From Lama guanicoe (Eukaryota), in NCBI GenBank assembly GCA_013239625.1, contig MU053873.1, positions 2,494,524-2,558,523 on the forward strand: a DNA stretch of 64,000 bases, read 5' to 3'. The translations under genes and the position numbers were made by a program. Below are positions 48,291 to 61,100 of the stretch, in pieces (position 1 is the first letter of the stretch; the number at the start of each line of letters is the position of its first letter). The notes under the pieces are model-generated. The model did not search any database, was not told where the DNA came from, and saw nothing but the letters and a program-made list of their open reading frames with translations.

Positions 48291-50166
48291 CGTAATTACT
48301 TATGGAACTAGTATTTTCCCTTTGAAATACTGTAAGCTCCATGAAAGTAGGGACCAAGTCTCTTTTTGTTCACTCTTTGCCTCCAATGTCCAGCACAGAG
48401 TAAGCATTCAATAAACATCGGAATGCATGAATAATTGCTTACCTCTGTTTGGAGGGATCAAAACAGAAACCTTCTGATGTGAAAGGACACTTCAGTGTGG
48501 TCTGGAAGAGTGAGTATAGGATGGGAGTACACGGAGAAGCAGATGACCAGCATTCCAGATAAGGGAGCCACAATGAACAGAGGTAAAGATGCTGGACCAC
48601 ATCTAATGCATTCAGAGAATGTCCTGGAGTTTAATAATGACAGTACCAAAGGTGAAGGCAAAATGTGGGAGTGAGCTGGGGAGGAGGGGGAGGGGCGGGC
48701 AGCGTCAGGTTGGGGAGACTCTGAATGCCAAGGAATGGTGCTCGGACTGAGTCCTACAGTAGGCAGCAGGAGGCCATGGAGGAAGGAGACTCTCAGACGT
48801 GTTTGAGAATGACATCACTGGAGGTAGATTACAGTCCTCTGAGTAAACCAAGGGACTACTGGCCACAGCAGCAACTCTCAAATTTTTCTTGGAGCATAAA
48901 TCTATTTTAATAGAGTTTTAAGACATAAAATCAGAGGTCAGGAGAATGTCCTGGGGCTGGGTATGGTGGCGGGGGGTGGTGAACAGTCCCTGAGGCACCT
49001 TGTTCCCTGCAGCACCAGCTGATGTACTGATGTCACCCAGCCAGGACTTGAGACTTCAGTCCTGTGACCTCCCATTATGCTGTTACTCTCTGCCTCCTGG
49101 ATAATAATACAGACCTGGAGATAGACACTGGCACTAGAGTGGCCCTTCAGACAAGCTCTTCTTTAGTCCCTAGATCGAGAAAGAGCCAGCCTGCCCTGAG
49201 TGATGACAGAAGGTACTGTTCTGATGTACCCCAAGAGAGGCAGCTGAGTAATCATCCTTACCAGCCTGGTGCCTCCCTAGAATTACAGTTCCCATTCCCC
49301 AAGCATTTACAATGATCCTTATCCCATCCAAAACCCACAGCAACTTTTGAGCAGGGAACTATTCTCATCTTTCATCTTAATGGTGAGGGAATTGAGAGGT
49401 TTGGTAACCTGCCTGAGGTCACACAGCTTGTGAGTGGCTTCACCAAGATTTAAGCCCAGATCTTACTCCAGAAAGTTTTCACCCTGCACTAACTATTTCC
49501 AAAAGGAAAAAGTAAAGAGGATCTGAGAAGATTTCCCTTTCTTTGTGGAGATTTATAAGGATAACAGGCAGGCAGCTTCCTGTCTGAGATGAGCTAAGAG
49601 GGTTCCCACTAAACCCGAGGGAAGGACACCATGACTTCGTGGTTCCTGTCCAATCTCTCAGATGCTATTTTCAGGGCTGTCCCTGCTGGGACAGATGAAG
49701 CATCACCCAGTTAGGCATGCTGTCCATCTGGCTGTCTGCATGATGTTATTTATAATGCCTAACCCACAGCCAGGCTGTAATAAAGAAGGATTCAGCCCTG
49801 GCCCCTTAGCGGGGGAGGCAACTGACTTTGGAGCCAGCTGTCCTGGCAGCCCAATTTGGCAAATGTGACGTAGACATGAGCCCTGATCAGGGGCAGCCTG
49901 ACACCCAGAGAGAAGGTGGTGACCAAGCTGTTCAGACGGGGCCATTTGTGCATCTGACAGCCGCAAGCTCCTGTCCAGTGGTTCAGATGATGGACTGCAT
50001 GTCTCTCACAGTGGAATGTGGAGTCAGATGCACGTACTTTTTATGACTCAAGAAATGGGTATTGCTTCAGGAAGTGAGAGATGCCTTCTGAGCCCAGAAC
50101 TCCTGCTGACTCCATTTTACTAACAGTGTCTTAACTGTGCTTTCTAAGTACATAGGCATATGTGCA

Positions 50167-50170
<4 letters not shown>

Positions 50171-50208
<38 letters not shown>
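50171..50208. repeat. (TG)19 microsatellite
   Basis: pure TG run. Confidence 0.97.
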
Positions 50209-50212
<4 letters not shown>

Positions 50213-50849
50213 GATGTGTGGTGTCACCAAGGTACCTGGTAACCCATGAAAATGAGGAAGGAGGGACCAATATAGATTTAGCACCTTCTATAAGCCAATG
50301 AGGTGTGTATCATGATCACCTTTACAGAAATGAAGAAACTGAGACTCAGAGAGGGAAAGAGCCTGGCCAAAGGCCGCCCAGATCCACATTCCTCCATGCC
50401 AACCCTCTGCCTGACACAACATGGCTGCCACAGCGGAAGCTCTCAGTCAAGTTTGCTCCCTTCAACTTTGACATCGCCTTCTCTCTAAACCATAAGTTCC
50501 TTAAAAACATAAATCACATGCCATGCCCACCAGACCTGGCAAACAGTGTGCGTTCAAATAGCTGTGGTTATCATACCGTGCTGTGCCCTAATCCCTAACT
50601 GTTTAAGCCTATAAATTCATTCTTCCACCACACTAACTGTTCTCATGCTTACTTTAACTAAGGAACCATAGTAAAACACAAAACAAATGGTAGCTATTCA
50701 GTAATTATGCCAATGAAATCGTACGAAAAGATGGTATTTTACAAGGGATCTAGAAGACATTTTTGAGTCTTTCTGGTCCACACAGGTAGCACCTCCAAAT
50801 TGCAAACATAAAGCGCTGAACAAGGAAACTCAGACAAAAATTACAGTTG

Positions 50850-51050
50850 CTGCTTATCAATCCTCAATTATGTCAGACACAGTGTAAGGTGCTTTCCATG
50901 TATTCAATGTTCATCCTCAAAATGCCCCTAGAGTGGGTACTTTATTCCTCACTTGATGGACAAGGAAACAAGTTCAGAGAGGTGATGTGGCTTGCCCAAG
51001 GACACATGGCTAATGAGTGGCAGAGCCAGGATTCAAATCTAGGCTTGTCC
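50850..51050 (-). mobile_element. MIR SINE
   Basis: 'ggcttgcccaaggacacatggctaatgagtggcagagccaggattcaaatctagg'. Confidence 0.88.
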
Positions 51051-51734
51051 ATGCACTCTGCCTCACATCCTCCCCAATAGGACCCCAAAAAGGATAAAAC
51101 TCTAATGACTCTCTTCTAAATAGAATGAGCTTCTCTGATTTCTTCCTCTGATCATTCATTCATTTAAGCCGCATTTCCTTTACGCCCTTTGAAAGGTACT
51201 TAGGAAAGACATGTAAATTAGACATAGTCTCTGCTCCCAAATGCTCACAATCTAGTGCAGATGAGACCAGTGACGACTTAAAATAAGATAAAGTGTTGTG
51301 AGGATTCAGGGGGCCAAAAAGGGGAGAGAGATGAATGGGAAGAAGTTTCTAATGTATGAGATTCACTTTCCTGATACCTATACCGAGGAGGTGTTAAAAG
51401 GCCATGACTTTAAGAGTTGATTTAAAAACTAACTGTAAACAAACAGATATTTTATAGATGCTACTTTGGTGTAGTATCCAAAGTACTCTACCTTCCTTAA
51501 ACAGAAAAGGTGATGACAGTTTATGAAACTGCATCAGACTGAATATCATGACATCGTTGGAACAACTACTGCAAAGAGTTGCTTTGACTTGAACTTGCTT
51601 GTGTCGGGGCTGAGTTAGGTTGCAGGGGACCGAGCAGTGGTCGTTGTACTGTATTGTGTTGAGTTGTATTGGGTTGTAAATTGTTGGGATGGTTTTGTCA
51701 AATACTGTGAGGCTGAATTGGATAGAGATTACAC

Positions 51735-52735
51735 TTAATCAAAATTTAAAACTCCTTCTCTTGAAATACTGACAAAAGAAGGAAAATACAAGCCACAAAG
51801 ACATCTGCAAATCACACAGTTGATAAAGAGCTCTAGCAAAAATAGATTTTAAAAACTCTCAAAACTTACAAACAAGAAAACAAAACACTCAATAAAAAGA
51901 TGAGCAAAGATTTCATCAAACACTTGCCTAAAGAAGATAGAGGAATCACAAATACATGAAAAGGTATCAACATCATTAGTTAAATACAAGTTAAAGCCAC
52001 AATGATATACCACTACACACTTATTAAAATGACTGAACTTAAAAACACTGACCACACCAAGCGCTGACAAATGATGTGGAGCAACTGGAACTCTGATGCA
52101 CTGCTGGAGGGAATATAAACGGAACTACCACTTTGGGAAACCATATGGCCATTTCTTATAAAGTTAAACAGATGCCACCATATGATCCAGCCATTCCATT
52201 CCTAGGTATTTACCCATGAGAAATCTAAATACGTGCCCATACAAAGACTTGTACATAAATGTACAATGTTTATCTGTAACTGCCAAAAGTGGAAAACAAC
52301 CCACATGCCCATCTGCAGGTGAAAATACAAACTGTGATATATCCATACAATGAAATGTCACTCAGCAGTAAAAAGAAACTAACTGTTGATATATAAAACA
52401 TCATGGATGAATCCCAGAAGAGTTCGGCTATGTGAAGGAAACCAGGAAAAGAGAGAGTATGTACAGCGTGAACATAGTACAGACTGTGTACACATAATCT
52501 ATGTATTATATACTTTATATATTACATATACTGTCAGAAAGGAAATCAGAGTTGGGGTGGAAAGATGGAAGGGATTAAAATGGAGCACAAAGACACTTTT
52601 GAAGGTGATGAATATGTTCATTATCTTCATTGTGGTGACGGTTTCACAGGCAAAAATGCATGTCAAATCAATAAATTCTACTATTTAAAAACATGCAGTG
52701 TAAGTCCATTATAACACAATAAAGCTAATAAATAA
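51735..52735 (+). mobile_element. old L1 (L1MC/MD-like) ORF2 end and 3' UTR
   Basis: 'gatgtggagcaactggaactct', 'ccagccattccattcctaggtatttacccatgagaaat'. Confidence 0.88.
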
Positions 52736-52739
52736 ACAC

Positions 52740-55560
52740 AACATATCATAATTTTTGGATACTGCTAAAGTAGTGGTTAGAGGGAAATTTATAGTTTTTA
52801 GTATTTATATCTGAAAGAAGACGGTCTTAAATCAATTATCTAATAAGCTCTTACCTTAGGAAGCTAGGAAAAGAAGGACAAATTAAATCTAAAAAAAGTA
52901 GAAGGAAGAACAATAAAGATGAGAGTAAAAATCAACAAAATACAAAGCAGGTGAATAATAAATAAAATTAACAAACAAAAGCAGATTATCTAAAGAGATC
53001 AATAAAATTGATAAGCCTGTAGCCAAATTGCACAGGAAAAAAGAAAGATAGCACTAGTTATTAAAATTAGTAACGAAAGTGGGGATCTCACAACAAATCC
53101 TGCACACTTAAATATACTAAGGGGTTATCATTAAAATTTATGCCAATAAATTTCACAACTTACATAAAATGGAAAAAATTTGAAAGGCTCAAATTACCAA
53201 AACTGACTTTAGAAAGAAAAAGAAAATCTAAATAGTCTTATACACACTAAAGAAATTGAATTTATAATTAAAAACTTTCTCACGACGGGAACTCCAGGAA
53301 AAGACTGCTACATGGTGATGTCTATCAAACTTTTAAGGAAGAAATAATACCAGTCCTCTACAAACACATTTAGAAAATAAAAGTGGAAGAAACACCTCCC
53401 AACTCATTTTATGAGGCCTATATTACCGTGATATCAAAAAAGGGAAAAAATTACAGGAAAAGAATTCTGCAAGCCACTAATCCCCCATGAATTCAGGTGT
53501 AAAAGCCCTTAACAAAATATTAGCATACTGAATACAAAATATGAGAAGATAATATATAATAGACAAGTGAGATTTAACCTAGGAATGCAACATGACTTAA
53601 TATTTGGAAATCAATTAATACAACCCATAATATTATGACAAAAGTTCATGATTGTCCTAACTGACACAGAGGAATTATTTTTAAATTCAATATTCACTCA
53701 TGATAAAAACTCTCAACAAACTAAAGGTAGGGAACTTCTTCAAACTGATAAAGGGCATGTGGAAAAAAAAAACACAGTTAACAAACAATGGTGGAATATC
53801 ACTCTCCCCAAATACTGGAAAAAAGATAAAGATGTCCACTTTCACCACTTCTATTTTACAACATTCTGGATATCATAACCACTGAAAAAAGTCAAGGAAA
53901 ACAAACAAAACGTACAGAAATTGGAAATGGAGAAGTAAATCTGTCTTTGTTCACAGAAAATATGATCATCTAAGTAGAAAATCCTAAGGAATCTATGAAA
54001 ATACTACCAAAACTAACAAATTAATTTAACAAAATAGTATTTCTGTATACTACCACTGAACAATTAAAACAGAAAATATAATTTTATTTACAATATCATG
54101 TAAGTATGTAAAATACTTAGGGATAAATTTAATGAAATCTGTGCAAAACCTGTACACTAAAAACTACATAACATTACTAAAAATATGTAAAGAACACCTA
54201 AGTAAGTGGAGAAATATACCACATTCATGGATCAGAAGACTTATACTGTTAAGATGACAATTCTCCCCAAATTGATCTGTAAATTTGAGGACTCTCAATC
54301 CAAATCCAAGCAAGTCAGAAATGACAGCTGAATATAAAATTTTTATGAAACACAAAGAATCCAGAAAAGGCAAAGCAATTTTTGAAATATGAAGACAGAA
54401 GATTTACCATAACTGATATCAAGACTTACAATAAAGCTACAGTAATAAATACAAGGTACAGTTGGTAAAAGGTGAGCCATATAGATTAAAGGAATAGACT
54501 GAAGAGTCTAAGTTTTCCAAAGAAGACATACAACTGGCCAACAGATACATGAAAAGGTGTTCAACATCACTAATCATCAAGGAAATGCAAATCAAAACCA
54601 CAATGAGGTATCACTTCACACCAGTTAGAATGGCTATCACCAAAAAGACAGGAGGTAAGTATTGTCAAGGATATGAAGAAAGGGAACCCTAGTGCCCTGT
54701 TGGTCGGAATGTAAACAGCTACAGCCATTGTGGAAAACAGTATGGAGGTTTCCCAAAATATTAAAAATAGAAGTATCATATGATCTAGCAGTCCCACTTC
54801 TGGGCCAAAGAAATTGAAATAAGGTCTCAGAGAAATATGCATTTCCTGTTTATGACAGCATTACTCACAATGGCCAAGACATGGAAACAACCTGTCTGTT
54901 GATAGATGAATGGATAAAGATGTGAGAGAGAGAGAGAAATAACAGATATATAGATATATACAGTGGAATACTATTCAGCTATGACAAAGAAGGAAATTCG
55001 GCCATTTGCAACAGTTTGGATGGATCAGGAAGGCATTATCTCCAGTGAAATAAGCTAAAGACAAATACTATACAACACCACTTATATGTGGAATCTAAAA
55101 TAGACAAGCTCAGAGAAACAGAGGATAGAGTGGTGGCTGCCAGGGGTGGGGAGTGGGGAAGGGTGGCGGGATATTGGTCAAAGGGTACAAACTTCTAGTT
55201 ATAGGATTAAGAAGTTTGGGGATTTAAGTACAGCATGATGATTATAGCTGATGATACTGTATCATATACTTGAATGTTGCTAAGAAAGTAGATGTTAAAT
55301 GTTCTCACCACAAAAAAAAAAAAGAAAGGACAGCTGCATGAAGGGATGGAGGTGGTAGCTAATATTATGGTGGCAATCACTTTGCACTATAGAAGTGTAC
55401 TGAATCAACATATACACCTTAAACTTGCACAATGTGATCAATCAATAAATCTCAAAAAAACTGGAAAAATAAAGAAGAGTCTAGACTCACACAAAAACGG
55501 TGAACTGATTTTCAACAACAATCCCAAGACAATTCAGTAAGGAATTTCCTTTCAATAAGT
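52740..55560 (+). mobile_element. degenerate L1 ORF2 (post-endonuclease and RT region), interrupted by a younger L1
   Basis: 'cccaactcattttatgaggcc', 'cattcatggatcagaagacttatactgttaagatgacaattctccccaaattgatc'; many stops and frameshifts. Confidence 0.88.
54511..55473 (+). mobile_element. L1MA-like 3' insertion nested in the older L1
   Basis: 'gaaatgcaaatcaaaaccacaatgagg...'; perfect TSD GAAGAGTCTA at 54501-10 and 55474-83. Confidence 0.9.
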
Positions 55561-57676
55561 GGTACCTCTCTCGTGAACTTTTATGCAAAAATCCCAAACA
55601 AAATTTTACAAATCAAATCCAGTTAGAAATAAAAATGATAATATATCATGACCAGTTGATATTTATTCCAGAAATACAATGGCCCAAATCAGTAGTGTAT
55701 TTTTCCACTTCAACAGAGGAGAACAATTATATGATTACTTCAATAGATGCAGAATATCACTTGACAAAACTCAATGTACATTCATGATAAAAACTTTTAA
55801 TTAAAAATAGGAGAGGGGTGAGTATAGCTCAGTGGTAGAGTGCATGCTTAGCATGTGCAAGGTTCTGGGTTCAAGGTCCAGTACCTCCACTAAAAAAAAT
55901 AAAATGTATGAAAAAAGAAATAGGAGGGATCTTCCTCAATCTGATTTTTTAAATTTAAATACATCGAAGATTATTCTTAATGGTGAAGTACTGAAAGCTT
56001 TCCCCATGAAATAGGGAACTAAATAAGAATGTCTGCTATTATCAATCCTATTCAGCATTGTACTGGAGGTCCTAGCCAGAGCAGTAGGAAAGAAAAAGAA
56101 ATGAAAATTTAAGGATTGAGAACGAAGAAATAAAACTGTCTTTATTCACTGGCGATATGATTGAGTATGTGAAAGATCAAAAACAATCTATAAATTACTA
56201 GCATCAATATTTTAACTTAATAACATCACTGGATACAAAGCCAATAGACAAAAAACTGATTTTATTTCTATATACTAGCAATGAACAAATGGAAAAGAAA
56301 ATTTTTTTAAATTATGAAACTATAATAGTATTAAAATTTTCAAATACCTAGAAATAAAACTAACAAACGATGAGAAAATTCATTACACTAAAAACTACAA
56401 AACATTATTGAGAATCAGAGATGAAAAGATGGAATATTTCTTACACTGTGATGGAACAACTGACTACATACATGTAAAACAAATAAAATTAGATTCCTAC
56501 CTAATACATTATGCAAAAACAAATTTTAGGTTACTCAAAGACCTACTAGGGAAAAATTAAGCTTTTTAAATTGTACAATAAATTATAGGAAGGTATCTTA
56601 CAACCTCAGGATGGACTACCTATATTAAACCAAACACAAACTCACAAATCATAAAATTAAAGATTAATAAATGTTATTAGATTTAACTTGAAAACTAGTA
56701 CACAAAGATATCTCACACAATATTGAAAGACATATGTACCGGTAGAAAAAAATTTTCATTTCACATAATCACAAAATATTAGTAATCAAAATATATTTTT
56801 AATTGGTTTACAAAAAAGATAAACAACACTATGGGGGGAAATGGCATAAGAAATGAGTAGATAATTCACAAAAGAGAAAAATAAATGTCCACTGAACATA
56901 CGTAAAGATACACGATCTTGCTAGTAATCAGGAAAATGCAAATTAAACCCACAAAGAGATACCATTTTACACACATCAGATTGGAAAAATATTAAGCCAT
57001 CTGACAATGCCAATTGTTGGCAAGAACTCTTATCCACTGCTAGTGGGAGTGTAAATTTGTGCAACCATTTTGGGGAGCAACTTGGCAAACCTAGTAGAGA
57101 TTAAGATATGCATATCCTTGCACCTAGAAATTCCACTTCTAAGTATATACCTTTAAAACTCTTGCATATGTGCACCAGGAGATGTGTACAAAAATTGGAA
57201 ACAGCCTACATGTCCATCAGTGGAAAAAAGAATTAATGTTGGTATATTTATACAATGGAACACCATATAGAAATTAAAATGAATGAATTAGAATTACATA
57301 TATCAACATGTACAAAGCTTTAAAAAAAACATAAAATGTATTTTAAAATAAAAGTTGTAGAATGATACATATGGTATAATATGACAGATATAAATCTAAG
57401 AATATGCAAAACAATACCATGTATTATTTATGGACACATATGTAGTAAAAATATTTTTAAAACATGACATACACGAAGTTTGGGATGGGACTATATTTCT
57501 GAATCAGGAAGCAAATGAATGAGATAGTGGAGAGCAATACAGATGGAGCCAACTGTTTTTGTATTATTTTATCCCTTAAAAGAAAAAAATGAAAGGTCTG
57601 AAACAAATACATATAGCAAAAAGTCAAGATATAGAAAAGCTGGGTGATGGGCACATAAGTGTTTATTGTATTAGTC
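55560..57676 (+). mobile_element. second degenerate L1 (RT region to 3' UTR, L1ME-like)
   Basis: 'caatagatgcagaa...ttgacaaaactcaa', 'ctattcagcattgtactggaggtcctagccagagca'. Confidence 0.85.
55814..55915 (+). mobile_element. camelid-type tRNA-derived SINE inserted in L1
   Basis: 'gtatagctcagtggtagagtgcatgcttagcatg...gggttcaa...cagtacctcc' plus A tail; TSD AAAAATAGGAG / AGAAATAGGAG. Confidence 0.92.
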
Positions 57677-57878
57677 TAGTAGTGTGCTGGTAGATATTTA
57701 ACCATGAACTCCCCTAGGGGGAAGCCCTCATTTGTAGTGCTGGCCAATTTTCATGGTGGAAGCACTCCTACCATGGCCAATTTCAAGCTATCCACGTGAC
57801 TTCACTGATTAGAGTTGGGAAGGGAAGGACACAATAGGTTCTTACGAGACAGAAGAAACAAGCTCCAACATATCACAG
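57677..57878 (-). mobile_element. MER63A-like hAT-Blackjack MITE
   Basis: 'gtgtgctggtagatatttaac...ctcctaccatggccaatttcaagcta...gagttgggaag'. Confidence 0.8.
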
Positions 57879-58442
57879 TCTTAGCTTTCTGTGTGAAATA
57901 GAGGAAAATAAAAGTAAAACACTAAGCAAAAATAATTTTTAAAGCACACGTGCATATGGAAAGAAGTCAGAGTGCAGGTGCTCTATGAAAGCAAGAGCTA
58001 GTGGGTGGACCCTGTCATTCTGTTCCTCCCCCAGGAGAACCAGAGGGGCGCCTTTCCTACTCCCATGTAGACTACTAGCCTAGACTCTCTCTGACATGCT
58101 AAGAGTTACAACGATATTTCACCTCCTTTGTTGAAAGTGACACTTCCTCACTCAGCAAACAAGCAGGGAGGCTTCCAGAGCAGTCGCTACACAGGGATCT
58201 GATTGTTATTCCACAAGACTTGAGGCACAGGCAGGCTTATGACTTGGAGGAAATTGCAGACCCATGTTTCAAACCCAGACAGAAATCAATGGCCAAGGCC
58301 ACAGGACCATCTCTGTGTTCAAACTCCCAGGGCACTGGACTGGCTTACCTGGCTCCAACTGAGAAGTTCTAAGCTTCGGCTGAATTGTTTAGGATGGCAA
58401 GAGACATAGAATCTTAAAGAAGAAAATATCCTTAGTGAACAT

Positions 58443-58648
58443 TTGGCCATCTCTTTTCAAACAGTGTCCTTGGCACACTGGTTTTCATTGCCTCGGCACC
58501 ACTGTGGAGTTGAGGGCTGGGATCAACACCCCTACTCCCTCTCCACTCGTAGCAGCCCCTCTCTTAAATGACCAGAAGTGTAAGCCTTTCTCATAAAGAT
58601 TTCATCTGAGCATCTGGTTCTATGTGAGAAACAGTATGGAAGCCACTG
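58443..58648. mobile_element. MER103-like MITE
   Basis: 'tttcaaacagtgtcc...aagatttcatctgag...ggttctatg...gaagccactg'. Confidence 0.5.
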
Positions 58649-59924
58649 AAGTGATAACCCAACTCATGTATTTTTGCAGTTGTGGAAAAGGATAATCTGG
58701 GAGAAAAATGGATGTTCCCAAAGTCACACAAATAGCTGGGCCAGAATTCAAGTCCCTATGTTCAGACTCCTCGCCCAGCTCTTCCCACCCATCCAAACCC
58801 TCAATCCATTCCCACCATCACTGGGACATCAGGCCCTTCTCTTCTGCTTCACTGGGAAGGAGGCCCACAAAAACGCAAAAAGAAAAGTGGGAATAGGTGA
58901 AGAATCAAAGGAACTCCTTCCCTGGCTGATTCGTATGAACAATAGCCCTAACTCCCTGGCCAACGTCCAAAGACAGGACAGGTGCTGCCAGGGGACGCCC
59001 CTCAAACATTTCTCACTGAGCTTCTGGAGAACAGCACAGAGAAGACATATACATGGTCCTTCTTCCTCGACAGTGCAGCCAAGCAGACAAACCCAGGCTT
59101 TCTCATCTGTTTGAATCCCAGAACCATTACACACCACCCCTGTGATTATGAGCAAGATGACTAACCTCACTGAGATTCAGGCTCCTCCTCTGAAGAATGG
59201 ATTATTCGTGGGCTCAGCGTGGTTATAAGGGTCAAGTGATGTCACAAACATAAAGCCTTCAGCCCAGAAGAGTGACTCCATGGCAAATGCCCAAAACATA
59301 CTGATCCTCATGCTCTAACCCACAAAACACTCAGTATGAAAGGCAGGATATACTCACAAATAACTATAATACAGTCAGAACAACAGCCAGTGTTAATTTA
59401 GCATCATGTATGAGGCAGTTCACTGACTCCTTCTGAGCACCTCCCTTAATCCTCACAACAATCCTATGAGATGACCTATTGTACACAGGAGAAAGCTGAG
59501 GTTCAAAGGGCATGCCTAACTCAAGCTCAATGCACTGAAGCAAGATTCCAACCCAAGTACATCTGACCCGATAGTCCATGCTCTTGGGTGGTTTACCAGC
59601 TGCCTCCCATCCCACTTCCTGGCAACAAATGCTGTCAAGTTCCAAAGGATGGAGCAATCACTTCCAGTGGTGGCAGAGCAGAATTGAAGGCTTCTTGGAA
59701 GAGGTGATCTTGTAGAATGAATGGGAAGCGAAGACCTCCTGGACTGGATAAGCAGTGTCCACAACGGCAGAAGATAGGCCAGTGCTGGGTCACCTAGGAA
59801 GTTGTCTGGCAACAGACTCACCTGCAAATGTGATCACTTGCACTGCCATGCCCTGCCTAATTCACAGCTTTCCAGGTGGGGCAAAAGAACCATTGACAAT
59901 ATCTAGAGATGGGATACTTAGGTT

Positions 59925-60165
59925 CTACACATAAGGGCCATGGAGTCAGACTGCCTAGGTTCAAAGCCTACCTCTGTCACTTACCAGCTGTGTGTCCTTG
60001 AGCAAGTTACTCAACCACTCTGTGCCTCCATTTATGCAGCTGTAAAATGGGGTTCCTAGATAGAGTATAGTTTGGGGTGACATGAAGACTAAATGAGGTG
60101 ATGCAAAGGAAGCATTTAGCACAGTATCTGCCCATAATAAGCTCTCGGTAAATGTGCTATTATTG
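59925..60165 (+). mobile_element. near full-length MIR SINE
   Basis: 'tggagtcagactgcctaggttcaaa...cttaccagctgtgtgtccttgagcaagttactcaaccactctgtgcctc...ctgtaaaatgggg'. Confidence 0.93.
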
Positions 60166-60192
60166 TGGCTCTTGTCCATATCATTCTAATTT

Positions 60193-60283
60193 GCTGTTGT
60201 TAATGCAGATCTTGGGGATTGAACCCAGGACCTTGTGCATACTAAGCATCTGCTCTACCACTGAGCTATATACCCCCGACCCC
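60193..60283 (-). mobile_element. camelid-type tRNA-derived SINE
   Basis: 'ggggattgaacccaggacc...ctctaccactgagctata'; perfect TSD TCATTCTAATTT at 60181-92 and 60284-95. Confidence 0.92.
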
Positions 60284-60659
60284 TCATTCTAATTTTGAGA
60301 GACTATACTTCTCAGCAGTCCTGAATCTTGGACTGTTGAATTAATGTATCCTAAAAATCAGATGCCTTGGGAAATTGGATACATAGAATTTCAACATCTC
60401 AGAAATGTTAAAAATTAGATTCCTGGAATTATAGAACCTTCAAACCTTAGAATAAAAAGACAGTTCAAGCCAATAAAACTTACAACATAAATTTTCCCCT
60501 AAACGCTGCCCTCCTCCTCTCTCTTCGGGGGATTGGAACTATTATTTTGTCACCTGGATCCTTGACTTTTCTCCCCAGAAAATATATGTATTATTATTTT
60601 TTTGTTTCAAGGAGAAGCATTTATGTTTTTTCCCTCCCTTCCTCTTTTTTGCTCTCTGT

Positions 60660-61100
60660 ACTGAGAATACAATGTGATGGGTAAAATATCAAGTGCAGTA
60701 AGTCAAAATTTCTGACAGAAATAATAGAGCCCACATCCATTTCCAGCCGTTCTCCCAGTGATAACAATTAAGCTCCGGACAGTTTGAACTTTTTACAAAG
60801 AATTAATGATGCATGTGAACACGGGGGGCGAACAATTGCTAATAATTTATGAAGTCTTCACCAGCTCAAAGTAGTAAGTTTGGTAAAGTGAGGGGGAAAG
60901 CTTTGAAAGGTAAACACTTTGAAAAGCCATTCTGAGGATCTGCCCTGTCAATTGAGAATTTACTACATTCCATTAAACAACCTAAAATAACTTCTATGGT
61001 AATCACCCTTCAGATACAGGCGCCGGTGCCGACAAAGGTATTATTAAGTTAAATTACCCTAAAAGTGTTGGATTGACAGAAAGGTTCAGTCAATGGTTTG
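60660..61100. promoter_or_regulatory. candidate Wnt/TCF-FOX-PBX/MEIS enhancer / CNE
   Basis: CTTTGAA-ag-GTAAACA-CTTTGAA 60901-23, GGATTGACAG 61070-79, many TAAT cores. Confidence 0.6.

Noticed and set aside
48325..48830. L2-derived miRNA hairpin of the miR-28/151 type from opposed L2 pieces
   Set aside because: The opposed fragments cover different L2 regions and I see no complementary stem.
51435..51516. Small exon (ctaac...ttttatag|ATGCTA...AAAG|gtgatg)
   Set aside because: Poor polypyrimidine tract, weak donor, and stops in two of three frames.
52740..57676. Functional L1 ORF2 / reverse transcriptase gene
   Set aside because: Many stops, frameshifts and nested insertions; no long ORF.
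58036..58053. CTCF site (ACCAGAGGGGCGC; also 1335-1352)
   Set aside because: Core spacing is one base off the canonical CCASYAGRKGGCRS.
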